A stretch of 59,357 bases of DNA from a virus, in the IMG/VR virus record IMGVR_UViG_3300005836_000010; one strand, given 5' to 3'. Positions 40,340 to 50,578 of this stretch are shown one piece after another (position 1 is the first letter of the stretch; each line of letters opens with the position of its first letter). Position numbers and translations under genes: made by a program. A model generated the notes under the pieces. The model was not told the DNA's origin. It saw only the letters and a list, made by a program, of their open reading frames with translations, and did not search any database.

Positions 40340-42625
40340 ATGGTCGCAGCTTCCGCCAGCCCCCTCCCGAATTCGCCCCGCCCGATGACCGGGCGCGCGC
40401 CCGCGACGGGCACCGCGAATGGTGGGGTCAACCCGATGGTGCGGCGCCTGGGTCTGCAGGAGTTGATCAAGCGCGACGCCCCGGCGATTCCGCCGCCCGC
40501 GCAGGAAATCTCCTACGAGCACGACAGCCAGTTGGCTGGCCACGTCCGCATGGCGTGGCAGCAGAACAAGATCTACAAGCAGCGCATCGATCTCAAGCTG
40601 CTGAAGTGTCTGCGCGCGCGGCGCGGCGTGTACTCGCCGCAAGAGATCAACGACATGCAGCAGTCCAACGGTGGCATCAACATCGTGTGGGCACCGCTGA
40701 CCGAAGTGAAGTCGCGCGCCGGCTCGGCCTGGACGCGCGATGTCGTGCTACCGGTGGGCGAGCAGCCGTGGGGTATCGAGGCCACCGTGGTGCCCGATCT
40801 GCCCATGCAGATGAAGAACGCGATCGTCAAGAAGGCGATCGCGCAGGCGCAGCAGGTGATGCAGCAGGCCTCGCAGGCCGGCGGCGGCGTGATCGATCGG
40901 GACGAGTTCAAGGATCTGGTGTTCCAGATCGGCGACAAGTTGCGCACCGATGCCGAGAAGACCCTGAAGAAGTTGGCCGACGACCGTGCCAAGCGCATGG
41001 AGAAGAAGATTGCCGACCGCATGCAGGAAGGCAACTACTACCACGCGATGGACGCGTTCGTCGAGGACTTCACGACGTTCCCCGCGGCCATCCTGAAAGG
41101 CCCGATCTACAAGCGGCACAAGCGCTTGAAGTGGGGTGCGGGCTGGAAGCCCGAGATCGACAACACCCCGGTCCAGTGGTTTGAACGGGTCAGCCCGTTC
41201 GACATCTACCCTGGCCCCGGCGCGGCCACGCCGCAGAAGGGCAACTTCATCGAGCGCATCCGCTTCCAGCGCGATGATCTCCATGACCTGAAGGGTCTGC
41301 CCGGCTACCGCGACGACCAGATCGACGGTGCGCTGAAGGACTACAGCAACGGTCACCTCGAGGGGTGGCTGTGGACCGAAGGCGAACGACAGCGGCTCGA
41401 GCAGGAGACGATGTACCTGTTCCTGTCCCCGCCCGGCATCATCGATGCGCTGAACTTCTGGGGGCGCGTGCCCGGCTGGAAGCTGATCGCCTGGGGTGTC
41501 GATGGTGTCGACCTGAAGGACACCACCCGCGAGTACGAGTGCAACGTCGTGGTCTGCGGCAGCTACGTGCTGTACGCCACGCTGAACCCACACCCGCTGG
41601 GCCGGCGCCCGTACCACAAGGCGTGCTACGACGAGATCGCTGGCGCGTTCTGGGGCCGCTCGGTGCCCGACCTGTGCGAGACCCCGCAGAAGATGTGCAA
41701 CGGCATCGCGTGCGCGACCGCCGACAACCTGAGCATCGCCAGCGGACCGATGTCGTGGATCCACGTGGACCGCTTGGCCGACGGCGAGCAGTCGCTGGAC
41801 ATGTTCCCGTGGAAGCAGTTCCAACTGCGCAGCGACCCGACGCAGGGTGTGAACCCTGGCATCGGATTCTTCCAGCCCGACGACCGCAGCGCCAACCACA
41901 TGGCGCTGTACGAGAAGTGGGAGATCCGCGCCGACGACGCGACGGGCATCCCGCGCTACACGTACGGCAACGAGCGTGCCGGCGGCAGCGCCGACACAGC
42001 CACCGGCCTGCAGATCCTGATGAGCAATGCGGCCAAGGGCCTGCGCCGCGGGATCTCGAACATCGACGGCAACGTGATCGAGCAGGCGATCTACGACATG
42101 TTCGTCAATGAGATGCTCTACAACCCCGACGAGAGCATCAAGGGTGATTGCACCGTGGTGCCCCGCGGCGCCGCGATGATCCTGATCCGCGAGAGCGCGC
42201 AGCAGCGCCGCATCCAGTTCCTGACGATGACGGCGAACCCGTTCGACGCGCAGATCCTGACCGCGAAGTACCGTGCCGCGCTGCTGCGCGAGACCGCGGC
42301 CGCGATGGAACTGCCGGTCGACGACATCGTCCCGTCGGACGAGGCGATCGACGAGCAGCAACAGCAACAACAACAGATGGCGCAGCAGCAACAGCAAGCC
42401 CTGATGCAGGCTGAGCAGACCAAGCAGGACACCACCCTGCAGATCGAACAAGCCAAGAACGACGCCCAGAAGTCGCGCGATGCCTCGATCCAGAACGCCA
42501 ACATCATGGGCACGGTCATCAAGGCCGCTGTTCAGGAAGCGTTCACCAAGGATCGGGAGAACGCGAAGGTCGGCAATCCAGGCGACGCGGAAGCCGTCAA
42601 GGCCCTCACGCCGGCTGTTGCCTGA
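40340..42625 (+). CDS. Portal protein (by size and position)
   Basis: 761-aa ORF between terL and the scaffold/capsid genes; Gln-rich C-terminus; start uncertain (40340, 40385 or 40436; the last has GGTGGGG upstream). Confidence 0.65.
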   Translation: MVAASASPLPNSPRPMTGRAPATGTANGGVNPMVRRLGLQELIKRDAPAIPPPAQEISYEHDSQLAGHVRMAWQQNKIYKQRIDLKLLKCLRARRGVYSPQEINDMQQSNGGINIVWAPLTEVKSRAGSAWTRDVVLPVGEQPWGIEATVVPDLPMQMKNAIVKKAIAQAQQVMQQASQAGGGVIDRDEFKDLVFQIGDKLRTDAEKTLKKLADDRAKRMEKKIADRMQEGNYYHAMDAFVEDFTTFPAAILKGPIYKRHKRLKWGAGWKPEIDNTPVQWFERVSPFDIYPGPGAATPQKGNFIERIRFQRDDLHDLKGLPGYRDDQIDGALKDYSNGHLEGWLWTEGERQRLEQETMYLFLSPPGIIDALNFWGRVPGWKLIAWGVDGVDLKDTTREYECNVVVCGSYVLYATLNPHPLGRRPYHKACYDEIAGAFWGRSVPDLCETPQKMCNGIACATADNLSIASGPMSWIHVDRLADGEQSLDMFPWKQFQLRSDPTQGVNPGIGFFQPDDRSANHMALYEKWEIRADDATGIPRYTYGNERAGGSADTATGLQILMSNAAKGLRRGISNIDGNVIEQAIYDMFVNEMLYNPDESIKGDCTVVPRGAAMILIRESAQQRRIQFLTMTANPFDAQILTAKYRAALLRETAAAMELPVDDIVPSDEAIDEQQQQQQQMAQQQQQALMQAEQTKQDTTLQIEQAKNDAQKSRDASIQNANIMGTVIKAAVQEAFTKDRENAKVGNPGDAEAVKALTPAVA

Positions 42626-42680
42626 CAGATTGTCGTCAGACTTGCGCGCGGACGACAGTTAGCGCATACAATGCGCTCCC

Positions 42681-42947
42681 ATGCGGCTGAGTGCAGAGCA
42701 GGTGCAGTTTTTCGAGCGGTTCGCGAGATCGCCCGAGGCAGCTTTCCTCCGCACTGTGCTGCAGGCTGTTCTTGACGAGAGTCACAAGGACATGCGGACC
42801 CTGGAAGGTGCAGCGATGTACCGAGCCCAAGGCGCCGCGGTCTGCGTCGACGCACTGATCGCGAATCTCAGTGGAAAACTCGTCCAGGCGCAGCCGACCA
42901 AACGTCCAATGCTGGAGTCGCGTCCGGTACCCGCGGAAGTTTGGTGA
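42681..42947 (+). CDS. Hypothetical protein
   Basis: 88-aa ORF between the portal and scaffold genes. Confidence 0.5.
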   Translation: MRLSAEQVQFFERFARSPEAAFLRTVLQAVLDESHKDMRTLEGAAMYRAQGAAVCVDALIANLSGKLVQAQPTKRPMLESRPVPAEVW

Positions 42948-43075
42948 GATGAGGGACACGCGATTGGTCGCAGCCCTCGACGTCAGCGAACCCCAGAGTC
43001 CCTGGATCGTGGAGATTTGAATTGCAGCAACCCCAAGTCACGAAAGAATTGCGTCTTCCCCGTGCTGTCCTGCGC

Positions 43076-44038
43076 ATGTCGAAAGCTGTCGAAGCGCGCT
43101 TGGCAACCGGTGAGATGACTGCTGAACCAGCAGCCGATGCTGCACCCCCGGCGGGAGAAACTCCCCCGGCTGCGGATGCGACTGCCACCCCGAGTCCGAC
43201 CCCGTCGACCCCTGCGGCCCCACCTGCAGACCCGCGGCACAGCGATCCCGAGTACTGGAAGCACCGCTTCCAGATCATGCAGGGCAAGCTGGCGCAAGAG
43301 CGTGATCTGCACAAGGCCGAAATCGATGGACTCGAGACCCGGATTGCCGATCTGGAGACTGCGGTCTCCACGAAGGAGCAGGAAATTTCCTCTCTGAAGG
43401 CAAGCCCTTCACCGTCGAGCAGCAAGATTGACCTCGGGCAGTTCCTGACTCCCGAAGAGATCGAGCGGATCGGTGAAGACGAAGCCACCACGCTGATTTC
43501 AGCGGCGCAGAAGGCAGTCGAGGCGCAAATCGCCAAGCTGTTGCCAGCACCGGCCCCGGCCGCTGCAGCCCCTGCACCCGCAGCGAAGCCAGCGGATCGG
43601 GCGACACGCGAGGCCGAACGGGCAGCGCGCGACGCTCGGACAGCGTTCCTCGATGAGCTACTGGAGTTGGTTCCCGACTACCAGACCATCGACGAGACCA
43701 CTGGGTGGAAGGCTTGGCTCGCCGAGAAGAAAGGTCCGCGCGGTGTCGAACGCCAGGACGTGCTGAACGCGCACATGCGAGTGGGTGATGCCCACGCTGT
43801 CGCAGCGATGTTCGAGCAGTACCGTACCGAGAGCGCTCTTCCCGCCGCTCCGATCACTCCGCACGCTGGTGGCGGGGGTCAGAACGAGGACCCCACACCC
43901 CAACGTAGCACCACGATGCTGCCTCCGACGGAAGCAGAGATCAAGAGCTACTACAAGCGCGCGGCGATCGGCAAGGTGAGCGATGCAGAACGCACGACTT
44001 TCGAGGCAAGGTTGAAGCTCCGCGCTGCCGCAAGGTAG
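43076..44038 (+). CDS. Scaffolding protein candidate
   Basis: Pro/Ala-rich N-terminus, then long coiled-coil-like Glu/Ala/Lys segments; immediately upstream of the capsid gene; start ATG 43076 or TTG 43022. Confidence 0.6.
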   Translation: MSKAVEARLATGEMTAEPAADAAPPAGETPPAADATATPSPTPSTPAAPPADPRHSDPEYWKHRFQIMQGKLAQERDLHKAEIDGLETRIADLETAVSTKEQEISSLKASPSPSSSKIDLGQFLTPEEIERIGEDEATTLISAAQKAVEAQIAKLLPAPAPAAAAPAPAAKPADRATREAERAARDARTAFLDELLELVPDYQTIDETTGWKAWLAEKKGPRGVERQDVLNAHMRVGDAHAVAAMFEQYRTESALPAAPITPHAGGGGQNEDPTPQRSTTMLPPTEAEIKSYYKRAAIGKVSDAERTTFEARLKLRAAAR

Positions 44039-44072
44039 CACCGTTCCAATCCCCTTTTCTTGAGGTCCAATC

Positions 44073-44999
44073 ATGGGCGTTCCACGCAACACAGGCATTC
44101 CGGACTATGGTCCGGGCGGTTTGATCAACTACGACCCGGTCATCTACTCGGGCAAGTTGGTCGAGAAGTTCTACAAGACCACCGTCTTCGGCGAGATCTG
44201 CTCGACCGACTACGAGGGCGAGATCGCGGGCATGGGTGCCCAGGTCACCATCCGCACGATTCCCGACATCACTGTCGTGGACTACGTCACGGGCAATGGC
44301 CTGACGGCGCTGTATCCGTCGAGCAACTCGGTCACCCTGGTGATCGATCAGGCCAAGGCGTTCGCCGTGGCGCTGAACCTCGTCGACATGCGTCAAGCCG
44401 ACGTCGACATGGCCGACGTGTTCGCCAACGATGGCAGCATCCAGCTGCGCATCGCGGTGGATGCCGACGTCCTGCAGACGATCCCGGCGGACGTGTCGGT
44501 GAACAACCAAGGCCTCACGGCCGGCGTCGATTCCAACCTGAACATCGGCACCTCGAGTGTCCCGTTCGGCCTGACCAAGACCAACGTCGTCGAGTTCATC
44601 GTCGACCTGGGCACGGTGCTGGACGAGCAGAACGTGCCCGACGAAGGCCGTTGGTTGGTCGTGCCCCCGTGGGTCACTGCGCTGGTCAAGAAGTCCGACC
44701 TGAAGATCGCATCGCTGGCCGGTGACGGGGTTTCGATCCTGCGCAACGGCAAGATCGGTGAGATCGACCGGTTCACGATCTTCCAATCGCGCAACCTGCT
44801 GACGACCGTCAGCCCCGGCCCCGCGACGTTCCTGATGTTCGGCCACAGCGCCGGCCTCACGTTCGCGGCCCAGATCATCGAATGCCAGATGATCGACAAC
44901 CCGAACGACTTCGGCTACGTCATCCGTGGTCTGATGGTTTTCGGCTTCGAGGTGATCGAGCCGAAGTACGTCGGCACCGCGGTGGTCACGCCGGGTTGA
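44073..44999 (+). CDS. Major capsid protein (HK97-fold type)
   Basis: 308 aa; position after the scaffold; sequence character typical of podovirus coat proteins; strong RBS context. Confidence 0.75.
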   Translation: MGVPRNTGIPDYGPGGLINYDPVIYSGKLVEKFYKTTVFGEICSTDYEGEIAGMGAQVTIRTIPDITVVDYVTGNGLTALYPSSNSVTLVIDQAKAFAVALNLVDMRQADVDMADVFANDGSIQLRIAVDADVLQTIPADVSVNNQGLTAGVDSNLNIGTSSVPFGLTKTNVVEFIVDLGTVLDEQNVPDEGRWLVVPPWVTALVKKSDLKIASLAGDGVSILRNGKIGEIDRFTIFQSRNLLTTVSPGPATFLMFGHSAGLTFAAQIIECQMIDNPNDFGYVIRGLMVFGFEVIEPKYVGTAVVTPG

Positions 45000-45056
45000 T
45001 TCCAGTAGGATGGGGGCCTAGGCCCCTATCCGCTGGGTGTCGCAACTGACAGGAGT

Positions 45057-45260
45057 TTGAAGATGAAGACGAGCAATCCGTACGGCCCCGGCATGCCGGT
45101 CAAGTACACCCCGGAGACCGTCACCGCCGAGATGGCGAAGGACGGTGGCAAGTTCAAGGCCCGCTATCCGAGCGGCATCCCCAGCAACTCGCAGAAGATG
45201 ACGAGTTCTGGCCCCGTGAAGCATCGGGCCTTCACTCCCGGTGGCCCGACCGGTTCCTAA
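45057..45260 (+). CDS. Small Pro/Gly-rich protein (possible capsid accessory)
   Basis: 67-aa ORF between the capsid gene and a terminator. Confidence 0.45.
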   Translation: MKMKTSNPYGPGMPVKYTPETVTAEMAKDGGKFKARYPSGIPSNSQKMTSSGPVKHRAFTPGGPTGS

Positions 45261-45283
45261 GACCGGCTGACCACCTGGGTTCG

Positions 45284-45320
45284 AAGCCGGCATTGCCACA
45301 AGCGGTGCCGGCTTTCTTCC
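45284..45320 (+). terminator. Rho-independent terminator/attenuator after the capsid genes
   Basis: aagccggca-N13-tgccggctt followed by tctt. Confidence 0.7.
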
Positions 45321-45339
45321 ATCAACCACAGAGAGAACC

Positions 45340-45777
45340 ATGATCACTGAACAAACCGAAGCCAAGGTCGCAGATGCCCGCGCCCGTGCTCGGCAGGACA
45401 AAGTCAATCCCCTGCTGATCAGCACTGAAGATGGTCGCCTGCTCCCCAACATTCCGCACATCCGGAAGAACCCCAAGTTCGTCATCTACAGCGGCGACGT
45501 CCAGGCGACGCTGGAAGAGCGCATGCTGTACCTGAAGTCGATGGGCCGCGCGCCCGGTGCACGTCGCGTGGTCAACAACGCACTCGACGACGACAGCAAA
45601 CCGTTCGACGTCGGCGCGGCAACGAAAGCCGAGATCATCGAGTTCGCGCTGATCGAGTATGGCCAGGATCTTGACAGCAAGGTCGACATCCGCACTCTGC
45701 GCAAGACGGTGATGGATTTGGCCGAGCAGCGCGATACGCTGCTGAAGAAGGCCTCGCCGCGCGAGCAGCTGAGCTAA
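45340..45777 (+). CDS. Hypothetical virion-module protein
   Basis: 145-aa ORF. Confidence 0.55.
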   Translation: MITEQTEAKVADARARARQDKVNPLLISTEDGRLLPNIPHIRKNPKFVIYSGDVQATLEERMLYLKSMGRAPGARRVVNNALDDDSKPFDVGAATKAEIIEFALIEYGQDLDSKVDIRTLRKTVMDLAEQRDTLLKKASPREQLS

Positions 45778-45781
45778 AACG

Positions 45782-46423
45782 ATGTTGGCCTCGGAACCCG
45801 TCAATGAGGTGCGCCTGATCCTGCAGGATCAGGCTGTCGATGCCTACACCGAGCCAGATCTCATCGGGTTCCTCAACGAAGCCCTGCGCGCCACGACGAA
45901 CGTCAAGAAGGACCTCTACGTCGTCACCGGTCCGATCCCGCTGATCCCTGGCATCGTGCAGGAGCTTCCCGAAGATGGTGTCGAACTCATCGACATCACG
46001 CACAACAAGGATTCAGGTCAGGTGTGTACGCAGGTTGACCTCGATCTGCTGCAGGAGACCAATCGGTTCTGGCCACAAGATGACGTCACGGTCACCGTCG
46101 AGAACTGGGCTTTCAACCCAAAGAACCCGCGCCACTTCTACGTCACACCACCGAACGCCGGCGGTTCGGGCGTTGCTGTGGAGGGGCTGTACGGCGCCGT
46201 GCATCCCGAGATCATCGTTTCCACAGAAGCGCTGGTCATCAGTTCGGAGAACCAGCACCTGCTGGTCAACTTCATGTTGGCGCGTTGCTACAGCATCAGC
46301 AGCAAGCGGTACGACCCCACCAAAGAGGCGTACTACATGAACGAATGGAAGCAAGGCGTCGGCCTGAAGAGCACTGCTCAACTCGCTGTGGCACCGCGCG
46401 TATCCGAATCGCCAGGGAAGTGA
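45782..46423 (+). CDS. Head-tail adaptor/connector candidate
   Basis: 213 aa; position after the capsid module. Confidence 0.5.
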   Translation: MLASEPVNEVRLILQDQAVDAYTEPDLIGFLNEALRATTNVKKDLYVVTGPIPLIPGIVQELPEDGVELIDITHNKDSGQVCTQVDLDLLQETNRFWPQDDVTVTVENWAFNPKNPRHFYVTPPNAGGSGVAVEGLYGAVHPEIIVSTEALVISSENQHLLVNFMLARCYSISSKRYDPTKEAYYMNEWKQGVGLKSTAQLAVAPRVSESPGK

Positions 46424-46426
46424 TCG

Positions 46427-47113
46427 ATGGAATTCGTTGACACCTTCACCCAGTTGCGCGAGTTGGCGCAGATCGTGCGCAAGTGCCCGACGACGACGCT
46501 CAAGCGCGCCATGATCCGGTCACTGCGCGATTTCTGTGCCGACTCGCACTGGTTGCGCACGAAGGTGATCATGGACACGTCCACGACTGCCAGCGGCCTG
46601 GATGGTGTCTATCCGATCGTGGTCAGCGATCCGCAGGTGGACGAGTTCACCGACGTCATCGCGATCCGTGGCGACATCATCGGCCTGGACAACTCGCGCG
46701 GCGGGTTGATCCCGATCGAGTTCAAGATCCGGCCGGCGGACCCGCTGACGTGGCGCGAGACCGATCCAGCGCGGCAGCCGCGCTGGTATGCCTACCGCCC
46801 AGAAGGCACGTTCGACCTGCATCCGACACCGGACATCACCTACGACTTGGTGCTGAACGCTGTGATCCTGTCGCCCAAAGAGGATGCCCAGCGCATCCCC
46901 CGCGACGTGATGAAGCGGTTCAACACGGTGATTCAGGCCGGCGCGCTGGCCTACCTGTACACGATCCCACAGCAGCCGTGGACGAACCTGCCCGAGGCTG
47001 CGCGCCAGGATCGCTACTACAAGTCGGGCATCCTCGACGCCAAGATCGACGCGCAGCGCGCGTTCAACACCGGATCGCAGCGTGTTCGTCCTGTCCGGTT
47101 CACGCGGTTGTGA
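46427..47113 (+). CDS. Virion structural protein (adaptor/tail-proximal candidate)
   Basis: 228 aa; 3 nt after the previous stop. Confidence 0.5.
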   Translation: MEFVDTFTQLRELAQIVRKCPTTTLKRAMIRSLRDFCADSHWLRTKVIMDTSTTASGLDGVYPIVVSDPQVDEFTDVIAIRGDIIGLDNSRGGLIPIEFKIRPADPLTWRETDPARQPRWYAYRPEGTFDLHPTPDITYDLVLNAVILSPKEDAQRIPRDVMKRFNTVIQAGALAYLYTIPQQPWTNLPEAARQDRYYKSGILDAKIDAQRAFNTGSQRVRPVRFTRL

Positions 47114-47122
47114 GATGAACGC

Positions 47123-50100
47123 ATGCGCATCGCAATCGAGTCTTTCCGAGGTGAGGCCCCGCGAGTAACACCGCGGGCGCTGCCTGACAACGCAGCGCAG
47201 ACCGCGATCAACTCGCGTCTGCAGTCTGGCGATCTCGAGACGTGGCGGCAATTCGCCACCATAAAAAACCTAGCCAACTCTGGTGACGTCAAGACGATCT
47301 ATCTGCTCAACGGCAGCTGGTTGTCGTGGGAAGAGGATGTCGACGTTGCGCGCGGTCCGATCCCGGGCGACGATACCTTCCGCACTTACCTGACCGGGCC
47401 TGAGGTCTACGACCAGCCGCGGTTCACCAACTACGCGCTGGCGACGACAGGGGCCGAACCGTTCCCCGTGACGACGCGGCCCCTGGGTGTACCCAACCCA
47501 GACGCGCAGCCGACGGCTGTCCCTGGCGTGTCGACGCTGTCGAACCCCGCCACCATCGACATCATCGACAGCGGTGATCAGTTCTCCACCGCGTGGAGCG
47601 CCAATTCCCCGGTCAACACGACGTTCACGCGCGCGATCGCTAGCCAGGATGCTGCGGTGGGCAATGGCTTGCCCAGCTACTCGCTGCAGGTGCAGGAGAA
47701 CACCCAATCTCCTTGCTGGATGCTGCGCGACTTCGGTGTCGGCGATTCGCAAGTCCTCGAGTACAGCTTCGACTTCGCGTTCAACGTCGGTACGCAGAAG
47801 CGCATGTGGGCTGGTGTGCTGGTCGATGCGCTTGGATCCGGCCTCGGCGTGCACTGGAACGAAACGGGCGCGTTCCAGATCGGTCTGCTGCCCTCCGTCG
47901 ACATCCGCGGGTTCTCGCCGCTGACGGGCACCATCACCTTCGCTCCTGGCGATAGCGTCTTCTACACCTGCACGGTCCAGGTCATCGCGAATCCGCAGGG
48001 CACACGCACGGTGACAGCGACGCTGTATCAAGGCAGCGGGCAGATCGCCACCATCACCGCGACCAACGCGTTCACGAACCGCGGTGGGTTCATGTCGTTC
48101 ATGAACCAGATCTCCGAATCGGGTGCGCCAGACAAAGTCACGTGGTACGACAATCTGTCGATCCGCGCAACGCCGCCCACCGCGACGATCGAGCAGGTGG
48201 CGACGAGCTACGTCTACACGTTCGTCAACGACTTGGGCGAAGAGTCTGGCCCGAGTCCACCGAGCGCGACACTGCTGAAGGACGACGGTACTGCCATCAC
48301 CGTGACCTCCGCGACTGCTGTGCAGTCGGGGTTCAGCGTCGACTATGGCGTGACGACCAAGCGCATCTACCGAGCGGCCAGCGGCGCCACAGGCACCGCG
48401 TTCCTGTTCGTCGCGGAGATCCCGCTCGGGCAAGCCGAGTACGTCGATGAGTTGACCGACAGCGAACTCGGCGACCCGATCGAAACCGAGTTGTACGCGC
48501 TGCCGCCAGACGATCTGAGAGGCATCCTCGCGCTGCCCAACGGCGTGATGGTGGGCTTCAGCCGCAACCAGCTGTGCTTCTCCGCGCAGAACCGACCGCA
48601 CGCGTGGCCGATCCAGTGGCGGCTGAACACCGACACCGCGATCGTCGGTATCGGCAACATCGACAACACCGTGGTCATCGGGACCGAAGCGTTCCCCTAC
48701 CTCGCTCTCGGCAATGACCCGTCGGCCTACAGCATGAGCAAGCTGGAGAAGCAGCAGGCCTGCGTGGCCAAGCGCTCTGTGGCCCACCTGACGGGCATCG
48801 GTGTTGTGTTCGCTTCACCAGACGGTCTTGTTGCGGTGTCGAGCAATGGTCAGGTGGGGAACATCACCGAGCAGATCTTCACACGCCGGCAGTGGCAGAC
48901 CAATTCCCCGGAGACCATCATCGGCGTTGTTCACGATGAGGTGTACCACTTCTTCACGCAGGATCCGTCGGTACCGAGTGCACTCTCGGTGGCAGAGTAC
49001 AAGAGCTATGCACTCGACATGAAGTCGACCGGTTTCGGACTCATCGAGCTTGGGTACCACGCGCTGGCAGCGTACTCCGACCCGTTGACCGACAAGCTCT
49101 ACTTGGTGCTTGATGCGCTCGATGAACCTTTCGAGCAGTACCTCCCGTTGCCGAGCACGGCACCAGCTGTGGCTACCAGCACACCCGATGATGCGGTGCT
49201 GCGGCTCACTTTCGACAACGCATTGGTCCCGTTCGAAGACACAAGCCCCAATGCACTCGTGCCTGCCGTCATAGGTGCATGGACGCAAGCCAACGGGATC
49301 ATCAGCACGAATCAGGCGAACGCGACGTGGCAGATCCTGTTCAACAGCACTCCGGTACTTGGGTATGACACTTCGCTAGGGTTTACGCTCGAGGTGCGCG
49401 CAGCGTTGACTACGTCACCTGGGATCGGCGGCGACAGCATTTTCCCGGCTCGGTACACACTGCCGGCAGACACTTTCAGTTTTGAATTCAGGACCAACGG
49501 CGCCGGCACAACGGCGCGGTGGTACTTCAACGCCCCTAGCGTATCTGGAGTGCAAGTCGGATCAGACTTTCCGCTACAAACTTTCCAACACGCTGCTATG
49601 GTTGTGCCGCCCGGCACTTCACCAACAGTCAGGGTCTACATCGAAGGCGTGCTGGTCGGATCGTTCCCGATCACGTTGACCGGCGCTGTCACCAGCGCGA
49701 CGATGGAACTCGTTCGCATCGCGCATTCGATCGTAACTGGGTTCTCGGTGGATTACCTTCGGCTCACCGCGGGCCAGCTTTACACCACCGACTTCACCCC
49801 ACCAGAGTTGGGAGCAGCCGGGTTCAAGACGATCTATGAGTTCGATTCGGAGTTCGGCGATGGCGATCTGACACAGCGTTGGAAGGGCAAGTTCAACCTG
49901 CTGGCCTACCCCGCCACGTTTGAGTTCTGCCAAGTCAAGGCCCAGGACTATACGAATCTCCTGATCAACTTCTATGCCGATGGCGTGTTGATCAAGACGC
50001 ATGTCGTGACGAGTGTTCGACCGTTCCGCTTGCCGTTGACGGATCGCTACGAAACCTTCGAGATCGAGGTTGTCGGTACATCGCGCGTACGCACGATCCA

Positions 50101-50131
50101 GGTGGCTGAAGACATCAGGGAGCTTACCTGA
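47123..50131 (+). CDS. Large tail structural protein (nozzle/tubular-type candidate)
   Basis: 1002-aa ORF in the tail region of a podovirus-like layout. Confidence 0.65.
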   Translation: MRIAIESFRGEAPRVTPRALPDNAAQTAINSRLQSGDLETWRQFATIKNLANSGDVKTIYLLNGSWLSWEEDVDVARGPIPGDDTFRTYLTGPEVYDQPRFTNYALATTGAEPFPVTTRPLGVPNPDAQPTAVPGVSTLSNPATIDIIDSGDQFSTAWSANSPVNTTFTRAIASQDAAVGNGLPSYSLQVQENTQSPCWMLRDFGVGDSQVLEYSFDFAFNVGTQKRMWAGVLVDALGSGLGVHWNETGAFQIGLLPSVDIRGFSPLTGTITFAPGDSVFYTCTVQVIANPQGTRTVTATLYQGSGQIATITATNAFTNRGGFMSFMNQISESGAPDKVTWYDNLSIRATPPTATIEQVATSYVYTFVNDLGEESGPSPPSATLLKDDGTAITVTSATAVQSGFSVDYGVTTKRIYRAASGATGTAFLFVAEIPLGQAEYVDELTDSELGDPIETELYALPPDDLRGILALPNGVMVGFSRNQLCFSAQNRPHAWPIQWRLNTDTAIVGIGNIDNTVVIGTEAFPYLALGNDPSAYSMSKLEKQQACVAKRSVAHLTGIGVVFASPDGLVAVSSNGQVGNITEQIFTRRQWQTNSPETIIGVVHDEVYHFFTQDPSVPSALSVAEYKSYALDMKSTGFGLIELGYHALAAYSDPLTDKLYLVLDALDEPFEQYLPLPSTAPAVATSTPDDAVLRLTFDNALVPFEDTSPNALVPAVIGAWTQANGIISTNQANATWQILFNSTPVLGYDTSLGFTLEVRAALTTSPGIGGDSIFPARYTLPADTFSFEFRTNGAGTTARWYFNAPSVSGVQVGSDFPLQTFQHAAMVVPPGTSPTVRVYIEGVLVGSFPITLTGAVTSATMELVRIAHSIVTGFSVDYLRLTAGQLYTTDFTPPELGAAGFKTIYEFDSEFGDGDLTQRWKGKFNLLAYPATFEFCQVKAQDYTNLLINFYADGVLIKTHVVTSVRPFRLPLTDRYETFEIEVVGTSRVRTIQVAEDIRELT

Positions 50132-50577
50132 TGGCGATCAGCAAGAAACCAGGAATCTCCGAGACTCGAGTCTCCGATCGTTCCGCTGCGCTGCAAGTCA
50201 GCAACATCCGTCAGCGCATCGAAGCTATCGAAGCCGCGGTCGATCTCGTCCAATCGCAGGCCAACCAGACATCATTCAGTGCTGCGAAGTCCAACGCGTC
50301 GTTGGCGTCAATCCTGTCTGAACTCAACGAACTCAGGATCGAACTAGACGCGTTGAACAACCTAATGCAGCAAGACGATGGCATCGTCGTGCTGCATGGT
50401 GACGATCTGATCACACGCACGCTCGAGGCGGGATTGGGCATCTCGATCACCTTCCCTGATGGTGCTAGCGGCAACCCGCTGATCGCGTCGACCGGATCTG
50501 TATACCCGTTCATCACGACCGAAGACGACGACGATCTCCTGACCGAATCCGGTCACCGCATTCGAATCGAGGATTGA
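50131..50577 (+). CDS. Coiled-coil tail-associated protein
   Basis: 148 aa; ATGA-type overlap; heptad region IEAIEAAVDLVQSQ...LNELRIELDALNNL. Confidence 0.5.
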   Translation: MAISKKPGISETRVSDRSAALQVSNIRQRIEAIEAAVDLVQSQANQTSFSAAKSNASLASILSELNELRIELDALNNLMQQDDGIVVLHGDDLITRTLEAGLGISITFPDGASGNPLIASTGSVYPFITTEDDDDLLTESGHRIRIED

Positions 50578-50578
50578 C

